Shown: positions 13,301-27,278, counted from the stretch's first letter. The stretch is 49,126 bases of DNA from Monocercomonoides exilis PA203 (GCA_001643675.2 LSRY02000081.1:1-49126); one strand, 5' to 3'. Made by a program: numbers and translations. Notes: a model not told the origin generated them from the sequence alone.

Positions 13301-14750
13301 GCGGAAGGTTCACAGGAAGATGCAGACGCGGCGCATGTATTCTTTTGAATTCTTCGATGATTTCATCAATTTCTGCTTTTTCTGCTATTTCTTGTGATGA
13401 ATTCACTTCTGACTGTACGGATGAAGAGGAAGATGAAGAAAAATATGATGATGATGATGATTTCCGTATTGATGTCAATGATAACGCTTATTTCTATGAC
13501 TATGCCTGTTCTACTTCATTTGTCTGTTTCTATCTCATAAACATTCGCACACCGGAAACACACATTCTTCTGTCAAATCGTCTGTCATTGGAATAATCTG
13601 AAACCAAATGCCGAAGGCTCTCGTTTTCGCTGATTGGAGCTAAGGAGTGGCAGAAGCGATGATTTGATGCAAGAACAGCTTCAGAACAGAATTTGGCGTA
13701 GAAGAAGAGGCTGAAGAAGAAAGTGTTGATATTTCATCTGCATTGCTCCACATCTCTTTGTCTTCATCTTCAGTCTTTTCAATTTCTCTTCCTTCTTTTT
13801 CACTTTTTCTCTCTCCTTCTCTCTTCCTCCTTCTTTCTCTAAATAACCTCCATTTCATTAATGAATATCTTATATGGGAACAATAATTTCTTCAACTCAT
13901 CATCCGACGCTGCTGTTAGCTATATAAAATAAATGATACAAAAGACTCCATTTTTCTGTCTATTGTCTTTTTGTTAATAAATACCTGTGCTTGAAACGCC
14001 CAGCAGCGGTGGTGCAAAGTTTGGAGAGAGGAAGGAAGAGACGACGTTATTGATTAAGGAATGCGCTTCAGGCGTGAAAACATATGAATACGATGGGAAG
14101 AATTGAGCGATCAGTTCATTGATGTTCTTTTGGTGGAAGGAGGTTCTTGTAAAAAAGAAGAACGTTGGGATGAGTTGGAAGATGTTGAAGATCTGCAAAA
14201 ATCCACATATTGATGGCTCGTGGTAGCTCTGTTTGTGCTTGTGATGTTTCACAAAAAAGATGTTCTATCTATTGGAGGATATTTGAGGAAAGGGAGCTTT
14301 TGGTGGAAGCTGAAATCATTTTTGAGGCAAAGTGAGAAAGAAGAGAGGAGGAGAAGGAGATCTGTGGTGTTTGAATGAAGTGTCATTCACAGAAGATAAG
14401 GAGTGACATTGAAAGAGGAGAACTTTTATTGGAAAGAGGAGATAATTCCTGCTTTTGAGAAGCGCACATGACTTACTCGATCATGGAAACAACAAAGCTG
14501 CTTGTGTATGACTGATTTGAGAAGGAAGAAGAAGAAGAAGGCATTGATGACGAAGAGAAGAAATGTTTAGTGGTCTGTGAGAAGAGGAAGTCTGGTTTCA
14601 TGTGGAATGAACAGTCAGCTGCAACACAATGACAATAGTAGAAGCCAAATGCGCAGAAGAGGGTTCCCGGTTCAGTCTTTTTCATCAGCTCTGACTCCAA
14701 TGATGATAGAAATGATGTGAAGCGGTTGTGGTTTAGACACAGTGCTCAAA
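10400..14750 (-). pseudogene. Large degenerate Ser/Glu/Arg-rich hypothetical gene (cargo); family not recognised
   Basis: A chain of minus-strand ORFs (13974-14252, 12672-13478, 12004-12435, 10796-11671, 10481-10771) with coding-like composition, broken by frameshifts. Confidence 0.4.
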
Positions 14751-15419
14751 CTTAGAAAAAAGAAGCTGTATAAAAAAACATGAAAAGGGATAGTTCATCG
14801 TTTACGTATCAATTAATAGAAAAAAATTAAAATAAGAGTTTGAAAAAACTAAAAATAGAAAAACAAGAAATATGATAAAAACAATAATAACAATAAGATA
14901 AAAAATTTCAAACCTTATTAAATGATGAATTGCTCTTTCATCGTATCTTGTACAGAGCTTATTAGCAATTGTTTGAATGAGTCCAATCTGACTGGAAAGA
15001 TTGAATGAATCGGTGATTTTCATGCAGAGGTGACACAAACAAAAAAATCGATGAAGATTGAAAATAAGCACATTCACAAAATGGACGTTGCTGTCAACAC
15101 ACATAAAAAAAGATGAAGTTCATAATGAATGATGGAAAAAAGTTCTGAAAATTTCAAAAATTGAAAAAAATATATTTAAAAATAAATACATAATAATTCT
15201 TTGTTATAATAAAAGGAAAATTTCAACTCACACCTCATCGCTTCATATCTTCTCCATTGCAAAAGCAGATCCGTCTGGAACTCTTTTCTTTTCTCTCGCT
15301 GAGTTAAGAATCTCCTCAACCTCCTTCACCATCTCCGCTTTCCTGACTTATCTCTTCTTCGAGAAATCTGGCAACATTGAATGGAAAAACTCAATTTCCG
15401 CGATTATTGCTGTATTCAC

Positions 15420-15940
15420 TTGCTGTTCTTGCAAAGCTTGCTGCTCTGCGCTCGCTCAACTTCGACTCTTCTCCAAACTCCTCCAATGATATAAATTATG
15501 TCTTTTTTCGATCGCAATCTTCTTTGGCCGTATGACATTCTTTTTTTGTCAGCGTTTCTGCCCCATTTGACACAAACAGCGAAGAATCCAACGCAGACAA
15601 ATTGATCCCACTGATGTTTCCATTTCCCCCTCTTCCTTTGCTGCTTCTTCCACATTCATCAGTAACTGGTCTGCGTGTTGTGACTCAAATATAACCTCAC
15701 GAAGCTTACACATTCTCTTCTGTTGTATCCTCCCAGGCTGCGCGGATAACAGTGCAGGTTTAAGAACTTTGCAAGGTGGTCCGCACCTAAAATGAGCAGG
15801 TCGTTCGTCGCCCACTTCTCATCGACAGAGAGTCTGCCGTCATAAACAATCCAGTTCTCGTTTAGCACATAGAAGAGGTTCGTGTCCACGTACCGCACCG
15901 CACACAAAATATACAGCGCGCAATCGCTGTTCACCTGAAG
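15420..15940 (-). pseudogene. CFAP61-like (flagellar protein, FAD/NAD-binding-like region) gene fragment (cargo)
   Basis: CALYILCAVRYVDTNLFYVLNENWIVYDGRLSVDEKWATND resembles the CFAP61 motif VD...F..LN...LVYD.RL.ID..F.TND as I recall it. Frameshifted downstream. Confidence 0.55.
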
Positions 15941-16936
15941 TATCCTCGTCGGCTTCTCCTGTCACAGCCCTGGAACAAATTCATAGCGTGCTGTGGATCG
16001 GACGAAGGCTGTGGGGCAAGCACAAGAGAAGAGAAATCGCAGTTAACATGCTGAGTATTCTTCGCATAAAGTGCATATGGAAGATGTTGACCTTCTCCTC
16101 TTTGTCATCTGCCTCGTCCCGCTTGTCAAACATCCTTTAAACCACAGACACTCTTGACGCCATTCCTCTCCTCCTTTCCTCAGGACTCTTATTCCTTGTT
16201 CCTCATTCTTCTTCTCCTTCAGGAGCGATTGCAGATGGCAGATCTTGTCCAAGTTTTTGTTCTTTGTTTCCTCAAATCGCATCTACTTCAGCTGAATAAG
16301 ATTTGTGACTGGAATTAATGATAAATCCTTTTGCTTCATCCTTCCATTTAGACTCCTCAACCATCTGTGCCTTTGTGAAATTTTTTCTGTTTCTTTTTCT
16401 TTTTCTTTTCTTTTTCTTTTTTTCTGCCCCTCTTTTTCGTTCTCAATCTCTTTTTCTGTTGCTCCTTCCACTTCCTCGTTTTCCCAAACCTGTTCCATTG
16501 CCTTCCTCTTGCCCCTCTTCTTTCCTTTCTTCAGGACCCTCAGAGCATGAATCTCTGGAAGAACCTGTTTCAAACATAATATCAAATTCACGAGTTCCGA
16601 TGAACTGCTGTTCGATTAGCTCGTGTCTTTGGTTTTGATCTATTCAAGCAGCTCCATCTTCCGCTCATCTCCTGTTGAGAAGATGATAACACTATTATGC
16701 AACAAATGAAACTTATACAAAAAAGACATTATTACAACCATGACGAAAATTGCGGGAAAAATTAAAAATAATAAATCGAAAGGAAAAAGAAGAATACGAA
16801 GATGACGCTTGCGAAGATTATTGGCAATTCAATTGTAATACCTAAATATTAAATTACAAAGGCAATTATCATCAACTGAACGAAATATTTGAAAATTGAT
16901 TTATCTTATATTTTTTCAAAAAAATTTATTAATTGA

Positions 16937-17080
16937 AAAGATCATGGCGTTTTTGGCATTTCAAATTTTTGCTCAAAACATCATTATATTAAACTATCAG
17001 CTCATTAAGCATAGAATATGCGACTTTCAATGTTGACCAAAATGCACAAATAATTTGGTTTTTTAAGATCATTAATTTTG
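16937..17080 (+). repeat. AAAGATCATGGC repeat unit, left arm of USP cassette 1
   Basis: AAAGATCATGGCGTTTTTGGCATTTC...GACTTTCAATGTTGACCAAAATGCACAAATAATTTGGTTTT matches the units at 27279-27600. Confidence 0.85.
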
Positions 17081-17279
17081 AATATTCTATTTAATTTTAT
17101 TTTTTTTTGTTTTTTTTATTTATTTTTAATTATTTAATAATTAACTTTTTGTTATTTTTATCGAATGATTCAAATGAATTTCTTTTTTCTATTTCTTTTT
17201 TTTTTTTTATTAATTTTTGTTACAAAAACTGAAGTGAGAAAAAACAAGCATTAGCAAAAAATTTGAAGTGTGAAATATG

Positions 17280-20200
17280 TCACATGACTTTATTATAAAA
17301 AAGAAAGTTAAGGTTTCCAATTTTCTTGTGACATTAAAATCCAGTATTCCTCCCATTTGTCTGGAATTATTTCTGACACGCTATTATCATTGCACTCCAA
17401 AAAATTGAAGAATATGACGGTCTATTCACATCCTTTTTGACAATCGCAATAAAATGACCTTGCTCGTATATTGCTGTTGAGTGAATTATGCAACCAACCA
17501 AATCATAAACGATAGATCGCTCAATATCCTTCAAAATCAGATCCCTTTCTTCCTTGAACTTAAATGGGTTTTTTATTTCCATGTCATTCGGTCCCGGTCC
17601 CTTTTCAACAAACACAATCGATTTTGGAGGTGCGACAACCCTGAAAGATTCATTGACATTATGATTAATTGTAAGAATATCTGGAAATGATACAAAACGC
17701 ACGAAAGGAATACAGGGTTTGTCCGTTTCACACCTATTACACCTTCGATTTCGTTGTTCTGTGATAAGATTAATGTTTTTTAGTAATTTTTACAGGCCTC
17801 CGATAATGTCAGATCCATTTATTGTGAAATAATACCTCGTTTCACGATTCGAGACTAAGAAATTTTCACAATGAATGCATTTACGAACGTTTTGGCTGAA
17901 GATTGAAAACATATGATAGATTTTATTCTTTTTTTCAGACAACATATCCAACATTTGATCAAAAACATCAGTCAGTTTTTGTGCCACATTTCTTGGTCCT
18001 ATTTTCAATTCGTAAAAGTTCCATATAGCTGTTCCATTCCAAACTTTGCTGTTCTTTTTTGACTTCCGGAGCATTTCGAATAATTGAATGAACTCTGCTT
18101 GTTCATCGTTCATCATTGCAACTTGATTGCTGTTAATGTCAAGTGCAGCGAAACATTGACAAACAGAAGATAATGAACAGACACTTCCTGTGTTCACAAG
18201 CCCTCTTTTCGACTCCAATTGTTGCAACACACATGAACGTGATTTCTCTTCGATTTCATCATCCAGTTTGAGTGTATATGAAAAAGGTTTTAATAGTTCG
18301 TTTGAATCTTTCTTTCTTTTTTCAATATTTTCTTCAGCTTCAAAATGAAAATTATTAAGATAATCAACTATTCTATCAATTGAAGAAGATGGAGAAATTG
18401 TCTTTTCTATTGGGACAGTTGGTGGTTGTGAGAAAGATGATTGTTCTGGAGCAAATGATGGAGAATTCTGCAGAGAGGACAAAGAAAAATTATGATATGC
18501 GTAAGATGTTGAATTTTTCGCGTTTAAAAACAGTAGTGATGATTGTGGTGAGTTTCCTGAAGGTGATGAAGAATTTGAATCAAAAGGAGAAGATGCTGTG
18601 AATGCTACTGAAGTTGGGGAAGAAGAGAACGCAAAAAGTGATTCTTGAATTACTGTTTGAGAGGTTCTTGTGGATTTTTCATTTTGGAATGGAGTCTTCA
18701 TAGAACATTCTGATAAATGAAATGAACCGTCTTCAGTTGCTGAAAAGGGAGAGGAGGGAGGGAGGGAGATGAGGGAGATGAGGGAGATGAGGGAGGAAGA
18801 GGAAGAGGAAGAGGAAGAGGGAGAGGGAGAGGGAGAGGAAGAGGAAGAGGAAGAGGAAGAGGAAGAGGAAGAGGAAGAGGAAGAGGAAGAGGAAGAGGAA
18901 GAGGAAGAGGAAGAGGAAGAGGAAGAGGAAGAGGAAGAGGAGGGAGAGGAAGAGGAAGAAAAAGAGGAAGATGAAGAAGTGTGAGGCGGTTCAGAAGAAG
19001 AAGAGAAAAAAGATGAAGAAATAAGATCTTTTTGTGTGGATGGTAAAGTTTAGTGAAGTTACAATGAAGAAGAGGAAGGTGAAGGGGAACAAGAAGAGGA
19101 GGAGGAGGATACAGAAGAAGATGATGAAGTGATAAATGAATAATTAGTAATAGAATTAAAAGAAGGAGGAGGAGAAGAAGAAGAAGAGGAAGAAAAGGAT
19201 AATGAGGAAGAGGAAGAGGAAGATGATGATAACAGAGGCAAAGGAGGAAGTGCAGAAGTTGATAATGCTTGGATAGAAGTTGAAGTTGAAACATCTTCTG
19301 CAGCCGGTGATGAGGAAGGAGACAGAGAAGAAGGCTGAGCTGAAGTTGTTGTTGCTGAGGAAGCTGATGCAAAAGGAGAGGATGAGGAGCAAGTAGAATT
19401 GATCTCATTTTTCAATGAAGAAGTGTTCGCATGAGAATGATATGATACATTGGAAAGATCATCTTTCAGAGTTAATATTGCTCACGTTAGGCGGAGGAAA
19501 TGAGCGATCAACTGAAGCAGATAATGATGAGGAGAAGATAAGTGGTGTTCCAAGTGAAGAAGAAGAAGAGGAAGAAGATGAATTGCGTTCAAGGGATGCG
19601 GGGAAAGGGGATGAAGATGGTGGAGAAGAGACATCGGGTACGGAAATGATGGGGAAAGAGGAGATGTTGGTGAAGGAGTTGGGTGAGGAAGAAGAAGAGG
19701 AGCAATGCAATGAAGAAGATAACAATGGCTGAGAAGGATTTGAAGCCGAAGAGTTATTATCATTTGATGATGACGGAAACTTTGACATCATTGATTGATC
19801 AGTATTATTCTTCAATTGTGGCAATGTTGAATGAATGAATGAAGAACTCGAAGTGATTGAAGAAAATGAGATTGTTGATGTATTTCCCAGTGGAGATGCA
19901 ACTGATGAGACTGGAACAGAAAAAGAAGGAATCGAAATATTTTTGAAGTAATATTTTCAGGCAATTTGTTGCGTTTTTTTCTCTGTTAGAGAAGGCTCAT
20001 GAAAAAGTGTTGAAGTGGATGGTAAAGGAAGAGAAGCACTTGATGAAGAATGAGCTAAAGATGAAGAAATTTTTTCTGAAGAAAAAGGAACGAATGAGGA
20101 TAAAGGAAATGTGTTGAAAGGAGAGTCAGGTGAGATGGAAGGCGGAGATGAGAAAGGAGAAGGAAATGAAGTCAACGATGAAGAAGAAGACTGAACATGA

Positions 20201-20837
20201 AGAGGGTAAAATGAAAATGTTTCTTTTCTTTTATCTTCTTCGTCATATCTCCTGCTCGATGATGTGTCGCTTTCTTCATCAAAACTGAGCAAGAATTCCT
20301 TACTGAAATCTTCATTTATTTCACTTCTTCAAAATGTATTTTCTTTCGGAAGCAGTTTCCTTTTTCTTTGTTGAATCCAATTAGCATCATCATATAAGGA
20401 TATTTCTATATTGTATCCGTGTTCATTTCGTAATTCCTTTTGTGTATAATTTTCTGTTAATGCAATAATCATCTTATTCTTGATGGGAGCAGAAGCATCA
20501 TTGAACGCAAACTTCAATTCTTTCACAAGACACGTGAGAGGTGCTTCAAAGAAGTTTTCGAAAGAAAGATAAATTTATAAATAAGGAAAAAAATGTTCTC
20601 GCAAAGGAAAATGATGAAAAAAAATTTAGAATCATTACAATAAAAAAACAAACAAAGAGGTGATTTCATGCAATCAAAACAAAGCAATTTGCCTAAATCG
20701 TTTTCATTCACGAACTTCGTAAACACAAGCAAGGCTCTATCATATGGCATATTACGAAGCAATTCTTCGATGCTGTCAACGTCTGCTTTAATTGACTTCC
20801 TACTCATTCCATGATGTTTTCTTCCAATATTGAACAT
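17280..20837 (-). pseudogene. Ubiquitin-specific protease (C19) gene: N-terminal domain, long Ser-rich linker, USP catalytic domain; no transposase core
   Basis: Cys box KRGLVNTGSVCSLSSVCQC, Zn-ribbon motifs CIHC and CNRC, His box YDLVGCIIHSTAIYEQGHFIAIV, then NDNS. There is an in-frame TAA at 17790-17792 and several frameshifts. Confidence 0.8.
18790..18962. repeat. (GAGGAA)n microsatellite encoding poly-Ser in the USP linker
   Basis: Near-perfect GAGGAA hexamer run. Confidence 0.9.
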
Positions 20838-21016
20838 AGAAAAATATCTTTTCTTCAATTTTATCAGCAAGAAATAAATATTGATTGAAGATAGTTAAAA
20901 ATAATGAAAATACAAAATTATGAAATTTCAAATAATGAATTCAGAGCTGTTCTTAACCTCTTTCACTAAGATGAATAGAAAATGAAAATAGGAAAAAATA
21001 TTTTTAAGTGATTTTT

Positions 21017-21150
21017 GATCAGAAATATACAAATAACTTGTGCATTTTGCGCGATCCAAAAAACTTTATTTTCCTATTCTAATTTGTATTTTTGATCAAG
21101 TTGTGCTGAACAAAACAAAAACAATTCATGCCCAAATTGCCATGATCTTT
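21017..21150 (-). repeat. Diverged inverted AAAGATCATGGC unit, right arm of USP cassette 1
   Basis: GATCAGAAATATACAAATAACTTGTGCATTTTG...ATGCCCAAATTGCCATGATCTTT is the reverse complement of the unit at 16937. Confidence 0.7.
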
Positions 21151-21374
21151 GATAATAACACAATTTTCTTGACATGTTATTTTGTCGTTCATTCTATTAT
21201 ATTCATAAAGATAAAAATAAAATTTCTTCACTCAGACAGAAATTTGAAGTTCAATCATATTCATGCATTCATATTCAAAGAAACTGTGCCATTAGGGAAA
21301 CTGACATTTCGGAAATGTTCTTGAAGAAGTTTGTTAAGAATTGACTGATAGGATCGTAAACATTTGTACAAGAA

Positions 21375-24324
21375 TTGGGGCTTGAAACTGCTGAACATAT
21401 CAATGCAAAATTTGAAGACGATATTGTGAATATTTTTTTGTCAGAACTGATAAACAAGAAATGTCATTATTCAAGGAAAAAATACAGGAAAACAGAAGAA
21501 GTTCAAATCAGAATAAACGATACAAATATTTCTCTCATCAGTGATCCTCATTCGGATGCGTTGAACAGAATATTTTCAATGATATCTGGAGAAACTACAC
21601 TTGAGACATTGGAAATGGAAGGATTCCGCCTTGCAGAAAAGGAAAATGCATCATCAGCCACAACACTTCCTGGAAAGACTAACCTGTTTGCTCCGCTGTA
21701 GTATTCAACCAACAACATACTGCAAAACGACAAGATGGGGGCTGATGCAGACAACTCTGAACATTCCGAGCAAATTGGCAATGCCGAACATGAAAAAATG
21801 CCTCCACATATCTGGAATTAGTTATCAAGAAGCCGTGCTTTTCTAAAGAAAACGATATAAGTTGTGGATTCCTTGCGGAGCGTCACATAATTTGTGGAAG
21901 AGCTTAACCAGCCTTATTATTTTTTCGAGTATCTGTCTAAGTTCAATCCTGTTAAAGTGTGTGACGAGCAGAGTTGGCGGTGCATTCATACATTCATCAT
22001 TGCAACCTGTCTAATTTACACATTTAACAGCTGAACGAGCTGCAGGTTATGATGTCAAGAGAAGGATGCGATTACGCTGTTCATTCACACCATTTATCTG
22101 GATTCAATGGGAGTGCAGGATGGAATGATACAACAGGAGCAATGTCTGCACTTTACAGACAACCAAGTCGAATATTTTCAATTCAGCTGGAAGGCTCAAA
22201 ACTCCTGCAATACTTTTCTTTAAAAAATCATTTTATATTCAGTGGATGAGACATGCCTCATCAACGCAAACAACAGAAAAGCTTTCTTTGATTGGCTATC
22301 CTCCGAACAGCACATCTCTGTCGCTGAGTACACCACCAAATCCATTGGAGCATATTTCCCATCATCAGATTTCGCACAAGAACCAGTTTTCCTTCTCTCA
22401 AAACAGACAATCAACGTTTGCCTCGCTCTTTTCTGACCAATACGTCATCGAAACAGGCTATGCACCATCAACTTGAGCATTTTCGTTTACGACTTTTGCT
22501 TTTTACACTCTCATTCAGTCTGCAGCTCCAATGTTTTTTCAGTCGACTGGACAGCAGATACCATTTCACCGATCGGCTTCTCTTTCTGTGTTTTTTTCAT
22601 TAACAACATCACGAAGCACAACAGCCTCGTTTTTTCGCCAGTCCTTTGGGCATTCTCGAAACGGCTCCTTCTCTTTCCGTGCATGTGGCAGGTTCAACCA
22701 CAGATCGTTTTCATCTGTCAGCTCGCATCAGCCTGTTCGTGCATTGACACACGAGCAGAATACTATTTTCTTTTTAAAGAACAAGCAGCTCAAGTTTGAC
22801 GTGGTGGAGTTACGAGTAACTCCCGATCCAACATCTCCTCTTCAGTCCGTTCCAGATGACCAGCCATATGTGTGCAGCTTTTGCGAAATGCGGTTTGTGT
22901 TAGTTGTGTCGCTTCCAACACACATCCACCAGGCATACTCGAAGATGGACATGACGGAGCTGATAAAGCAGCTTTTCGAAGCGGAGAGAGAGTATCTGCT
23001 CAGAGGAATGAAGAAGATAACAATGTTGGAGAAGTTGCTGCACATTGTTTTGCACATCTTCAGTTCGTATGAACTGTCTACGCTGAAGTCAACAGAAAAT
23101 ATCCATTCTCAACAAGTGATCTAACAACAGCAAAGACAACAACAACAATTCAGTTCATTTGGAGCAAGCGCATCTGTGTCACAGCCTTATTCCCTCGATT
23201 TGCTGTCTGAGAAGAAGATTCCATTTAGTTTCAGAGGAGATGCGAAGAAGCGTTAAGGAGATGAAATTAGCCTAATCGAATTCAACAGAATGGGCGGTGG
23301 TCTTTCACATTCTGGTGGCTCAACGTCTTCAATTGCAACAGTCTCATCAGAGTCAATAACAGTTTCGTCAACCAACACGTACACCTCTGCCTTTGTTGAC
23401 TCTGTTTCCTCATCTTCAACTTCTGAGCTCTAAAACTATAGATATTCTCCATTATCTACTGAATCTTCTCTGCCTTCCTCAATTATGACATTCATGCAAC
23501 CTTCTTCTTTATCATATTCAACTTCTTCTATGAGTGAATATGGACCAGTGTCACACAACAGCATTTTCCGCTCAATCGGAGCAATTTCGCGGAATGTGCT
23601 TTCACTCGACAAGATTTCAATGGGAATTGCGCGATCAGGTTCTGTTCTGATCCAACCGCCACCCGAGCCGCTGATTGCAAACCTTGTCACTTTATTTTAT
23701 ACATCGTTAGTCAGCTCGTCAGTTGTGCTTTCGTTCACCTCTGTCATTCTTGAGTTCTTTGTTCAGCTGTTGTAGTGGCGGACTGCCTTTGCGAATCGAC
23801 TTGATGCTGAACTTTGTTATCTGATAATAATAATTGTTGAATCGCTGACTTAGACGACTCAAAGCGTGGATGTTTCAGCGGAAAAAATCGATAAAATGCG
23901 TAGACTTTCATCTGAGTTTTCAGACTTTCTCGGCAGAAGAATCGATTTTCAGATAAAGTTTAATGATGTGAACGAAGAGATCACTCAGCTTGTGAAATAT
24001 CGACCAGAAGGCAACGAGAAGATTTTGTCACTTCTGAATGAGTCGACGGAATCGTACAGCGCTTTGGAGAAGACTCATGCAGAATTTTTGGTAGAGCTGG
24101 AAACGAAGAAGAGTCAGCTTGTGGAATATCTCTTGCACAACCAAGAGGACTTTGTGTCCGGTCTATCAGTTTTGGTGGAAGGTGCGTCTTCGGCTCTTGC
24201 TCTGCTGAATGATCCAGAGAGAGACACAGATATGCAGACAGAGACTGCCCAGCGTTATTTTGACCATGTGAAGGAGAAGAAAGCAAAGCAGCGGGAGCTC
24301 AACAGGGATGAGGTGCTTTTGTGA
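21375..24324 (+). pseudogene. Degenerate large helical hypothetical gene (cargo) with C-terminal coiled coil
   Basis: Consecutive plus-strand ORFs (21375-21701, 22242-22436, 22531-23124, 23485-23775, 23866-24324) separated by single in-frame stops or frameshifts. Confidence 0.45.
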
Positions 24325-25599
24325 TGAAATTGAAAACTTTTCGACAATTGAACGATTTGGATGGGGAATCACATTATGAACGAAACCTGTTTGTTCTCAT
24401 TGATGATAAATGAAGGTTTGTAACGAAAAAATGAGATGATCCTGTTGTGAAAAAAAAACTTGTCAGAGGAGAAAGAGCCGAAAAACAATCTCCTCATCAT
24501 CAAGCAATAATTAAATGCAAACTATTAATGTCCATCACAGTGTGCTCTTTTTGAAAAGTTATTTATTCTCGATGAGCCTGAATTATCAAATTGATTCTCA
24601 AGACTCTTTTGTCGTAAATATTTCTCTCTCCACCCCTCCTTCCTATTTTAAAAAAAAATTTTTAAAACAAAAAAAATTTTTGAGTGATATTAAAATATCT
24701 GTTTTTAATAATATAATTGAACTTTTTGAAAGAAAATTTCAATACCATCATCATTTTACCAAATCTTTCTTCAGAGATTAAGATATTGGAAATTATTTTT
24801 TTAAATTATTTGTTTTATTTTGTCATAAAGTTTTCAATAAGAATAGCTAGCTTTCATTTTTTTAAGATGCAATGGTAAATACCACATTAATCAAGAAATT
24901 TCATTTCATTTCCAATAAAAATGCAAGAGGAATCTATTTCAAAATAGGAGTGAAGTGAAGAAAATGTGAACAAAAAATTGTCATATAAAAATATCGTTTT
25001 TAATCGAAAAATATTTTTTGCACGATATTATGCCAAATAAGAGACCAATATCAATAAACTGAATATATTTTCATAATTGTTCTTGTTAAAGAAACGATTG
25101 TCACAATATGTTTTTGAATTATTCTCAAAAACAAAAACACATCATTTAACATTTTCTAACAAATAACATTTTAATGAATATTATCATTAAAAATCTCTAT
25201 TAACAAAATCAAAATTTGAAGACATGAAAACAAAGTTTTTTTTTAGAAATTCTTCAACAACCCATTTTTGATTATTCTCAATGTGAGTTGTTCATTAGTT
25301 TAAGATTTTGGAATGAAGTTCACAACTGAAGAGTTATTTTGATATTTCGTTTACACAATTATAAAAGTTTTCAAATGCTAATGCGAAAAAATGCTATCCG
25401 GATTTTTATTAACAACCTTTTTAAATTTCATTGTTTAACAAAATTTTCTGCAAGATTTTTCGAAAGAACAATTTTGAAAACGTGTGGATTGATTTTTTTA
25501 TTGTCATGATTAACATTGATTTTTTGTGAATAAAGAAAGATTATCCAAAAGTTTTCATTATTTACTTCATCTTTTTCAAATTTGTTTCAATATTTCATA

Positions 25600-26826
25600 G
25601 TGAACAAACTGTCATTTGTTGTGCTATCCTACACAACTTCAACAGTCCTGACACTTCTCTTTATGCCTTCAACGCTTCTTTTAACTATCAAACACGATTT
25701 TTATCAAATTGTCTTGTAAAATATAGTGGATCTGAATTTCACAGAGAGAAATTAAGTAGATTATCCTTTACTGATTTGAATAGAAATCTCTTCGAATGGT
25801 GCGAATGGAACGATTCAACGGTTGTAGTGATCATAGTGGTGCACTTTATGTTTCTTGTTCAAATGCCAATCTCACAATCATTTCTTTTTAATTCAATAAT
25901 TGGTTAACCGAAGATCATGGAGGAGCGTTGTGCTGAAATTGTTTGTTGAATATTGATATGATAAAATCCAATATTTCAAATTATTTGCTGCTCATGGAGG
26001 AGCAGTCCATACTACAAATCCATAGCAAAATTCTGCTTATTACCATTCAGAAAACAAAGTCGAAAATTGTTCTATCACAAATTGGTGTGGAACTGGTTTG
26101 TATTATTATATTGGTGCTTTTCCATCAAACAGTCAATTTCTGTTAACAAAATGCAAGTGCATTTCAAATTCTGGTGGTAATTCTGCTGGTTCTCTCACAT
26201 TTCCAAGTCCACAAGGAAACGATCCAAATCAATTTTTTGTTAATGAGTACCAATTCATAAACAACAAATTGACAAGTTCAACATCAACTCTTGGTGGGGC
26301 AGGTATTTATTTGTACGTCACTTATTCCTGGATGAGCGGAAATAAATTCATCACATTCTGTTTCTTTGATGGCAACGCTGCAGCCAATGGCAGAGGGAAT
26401 GATGTGTTCTTCAGTGGCAGCAGCATTACTCAATCTCCATTCGAGAATTGTGGTTCAACAACCCCAACAAAAAGAGTGTGGAATGCAGGAACTGCAGATA
26501 GCGATGTGTACAATGGCTGGCTCCCCCTCATCGCCCAGAACAAAATAGTCTCAAATGGTGGAAGTGATGTCGATGCCTGTGGCAGACCCCAACAGACCCC
26601 ATGTGCCACCATCGAGCATGCCCTCACCAGCTTCATTTCCCTCCTGCATGACGCCTTCCTCACATTTCTCACCTCAACGTTTGTTCCTCTTCAAACACCA
26701 ACCTTCCGTTCCACAAATGCGAAAATCACAGTAAACGGAAAAATTACTCAATTGCAACCAGTGCAACAAAATGACAACATTTTCAATCATCATGTTAATT
26801 TATTTCTTTTCCATCATCGCACATAA
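25600..26826 (+). pseudogene. Right-handed beta-helix (pectin-lyase-like) surface-protein family gene (cargo)
   Basis: Repeated GGA/GAL and FxxN motifs (LGGAGIYL, CFFDGNAAANGRGNDVFF) and G.D...CG....PCATI. The upstream part is broken by stops. Confidence 0.6.
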
Positions 26827-27278
26827 CCTCTTCACTCAAACGAAAAAAATGTATTATATGTTCAGTATTTAATTATTAAAGATATTTTCATAAATATTTT
26901 ATGTTATATTTAAATGATTGAACAATTTTACACATGAAATACAACAGACATTTTTTTCATAACTTTAAAAACCAAATTCAATGCATTTGTTATTCATAAA
27001 TAAAACGACAACCTGCAGACGCTAGCATTTTTATGTTGTTTTGGTTTTTTATCAATTCGTTTCCAGCTGTTATATTAATTCGTTTGATAAAGATAAAAAA
27101 ACCTTTTTCTCAAATAAATTTTCTCTCAAATAATTAATTTATTACCAAACAGAATTTTTGAGAATAAAATTAACATCAACATATGCTAATAATATTTTCC
27201 ATGAGCAATTAATTAACATTATAAATTGAATATTAATATAGAATAAAATTTAATATTTTCTTAATTTCAAATATGTCG

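Noticed and set aside
18698-19824. Poly-Leu/Pro and poly-Glu ORFs (also 28816-29133 and 36096-36539)
   Set aside because: These are alternative-frame or antisense readings of Ser-rich microsatellite tracts.
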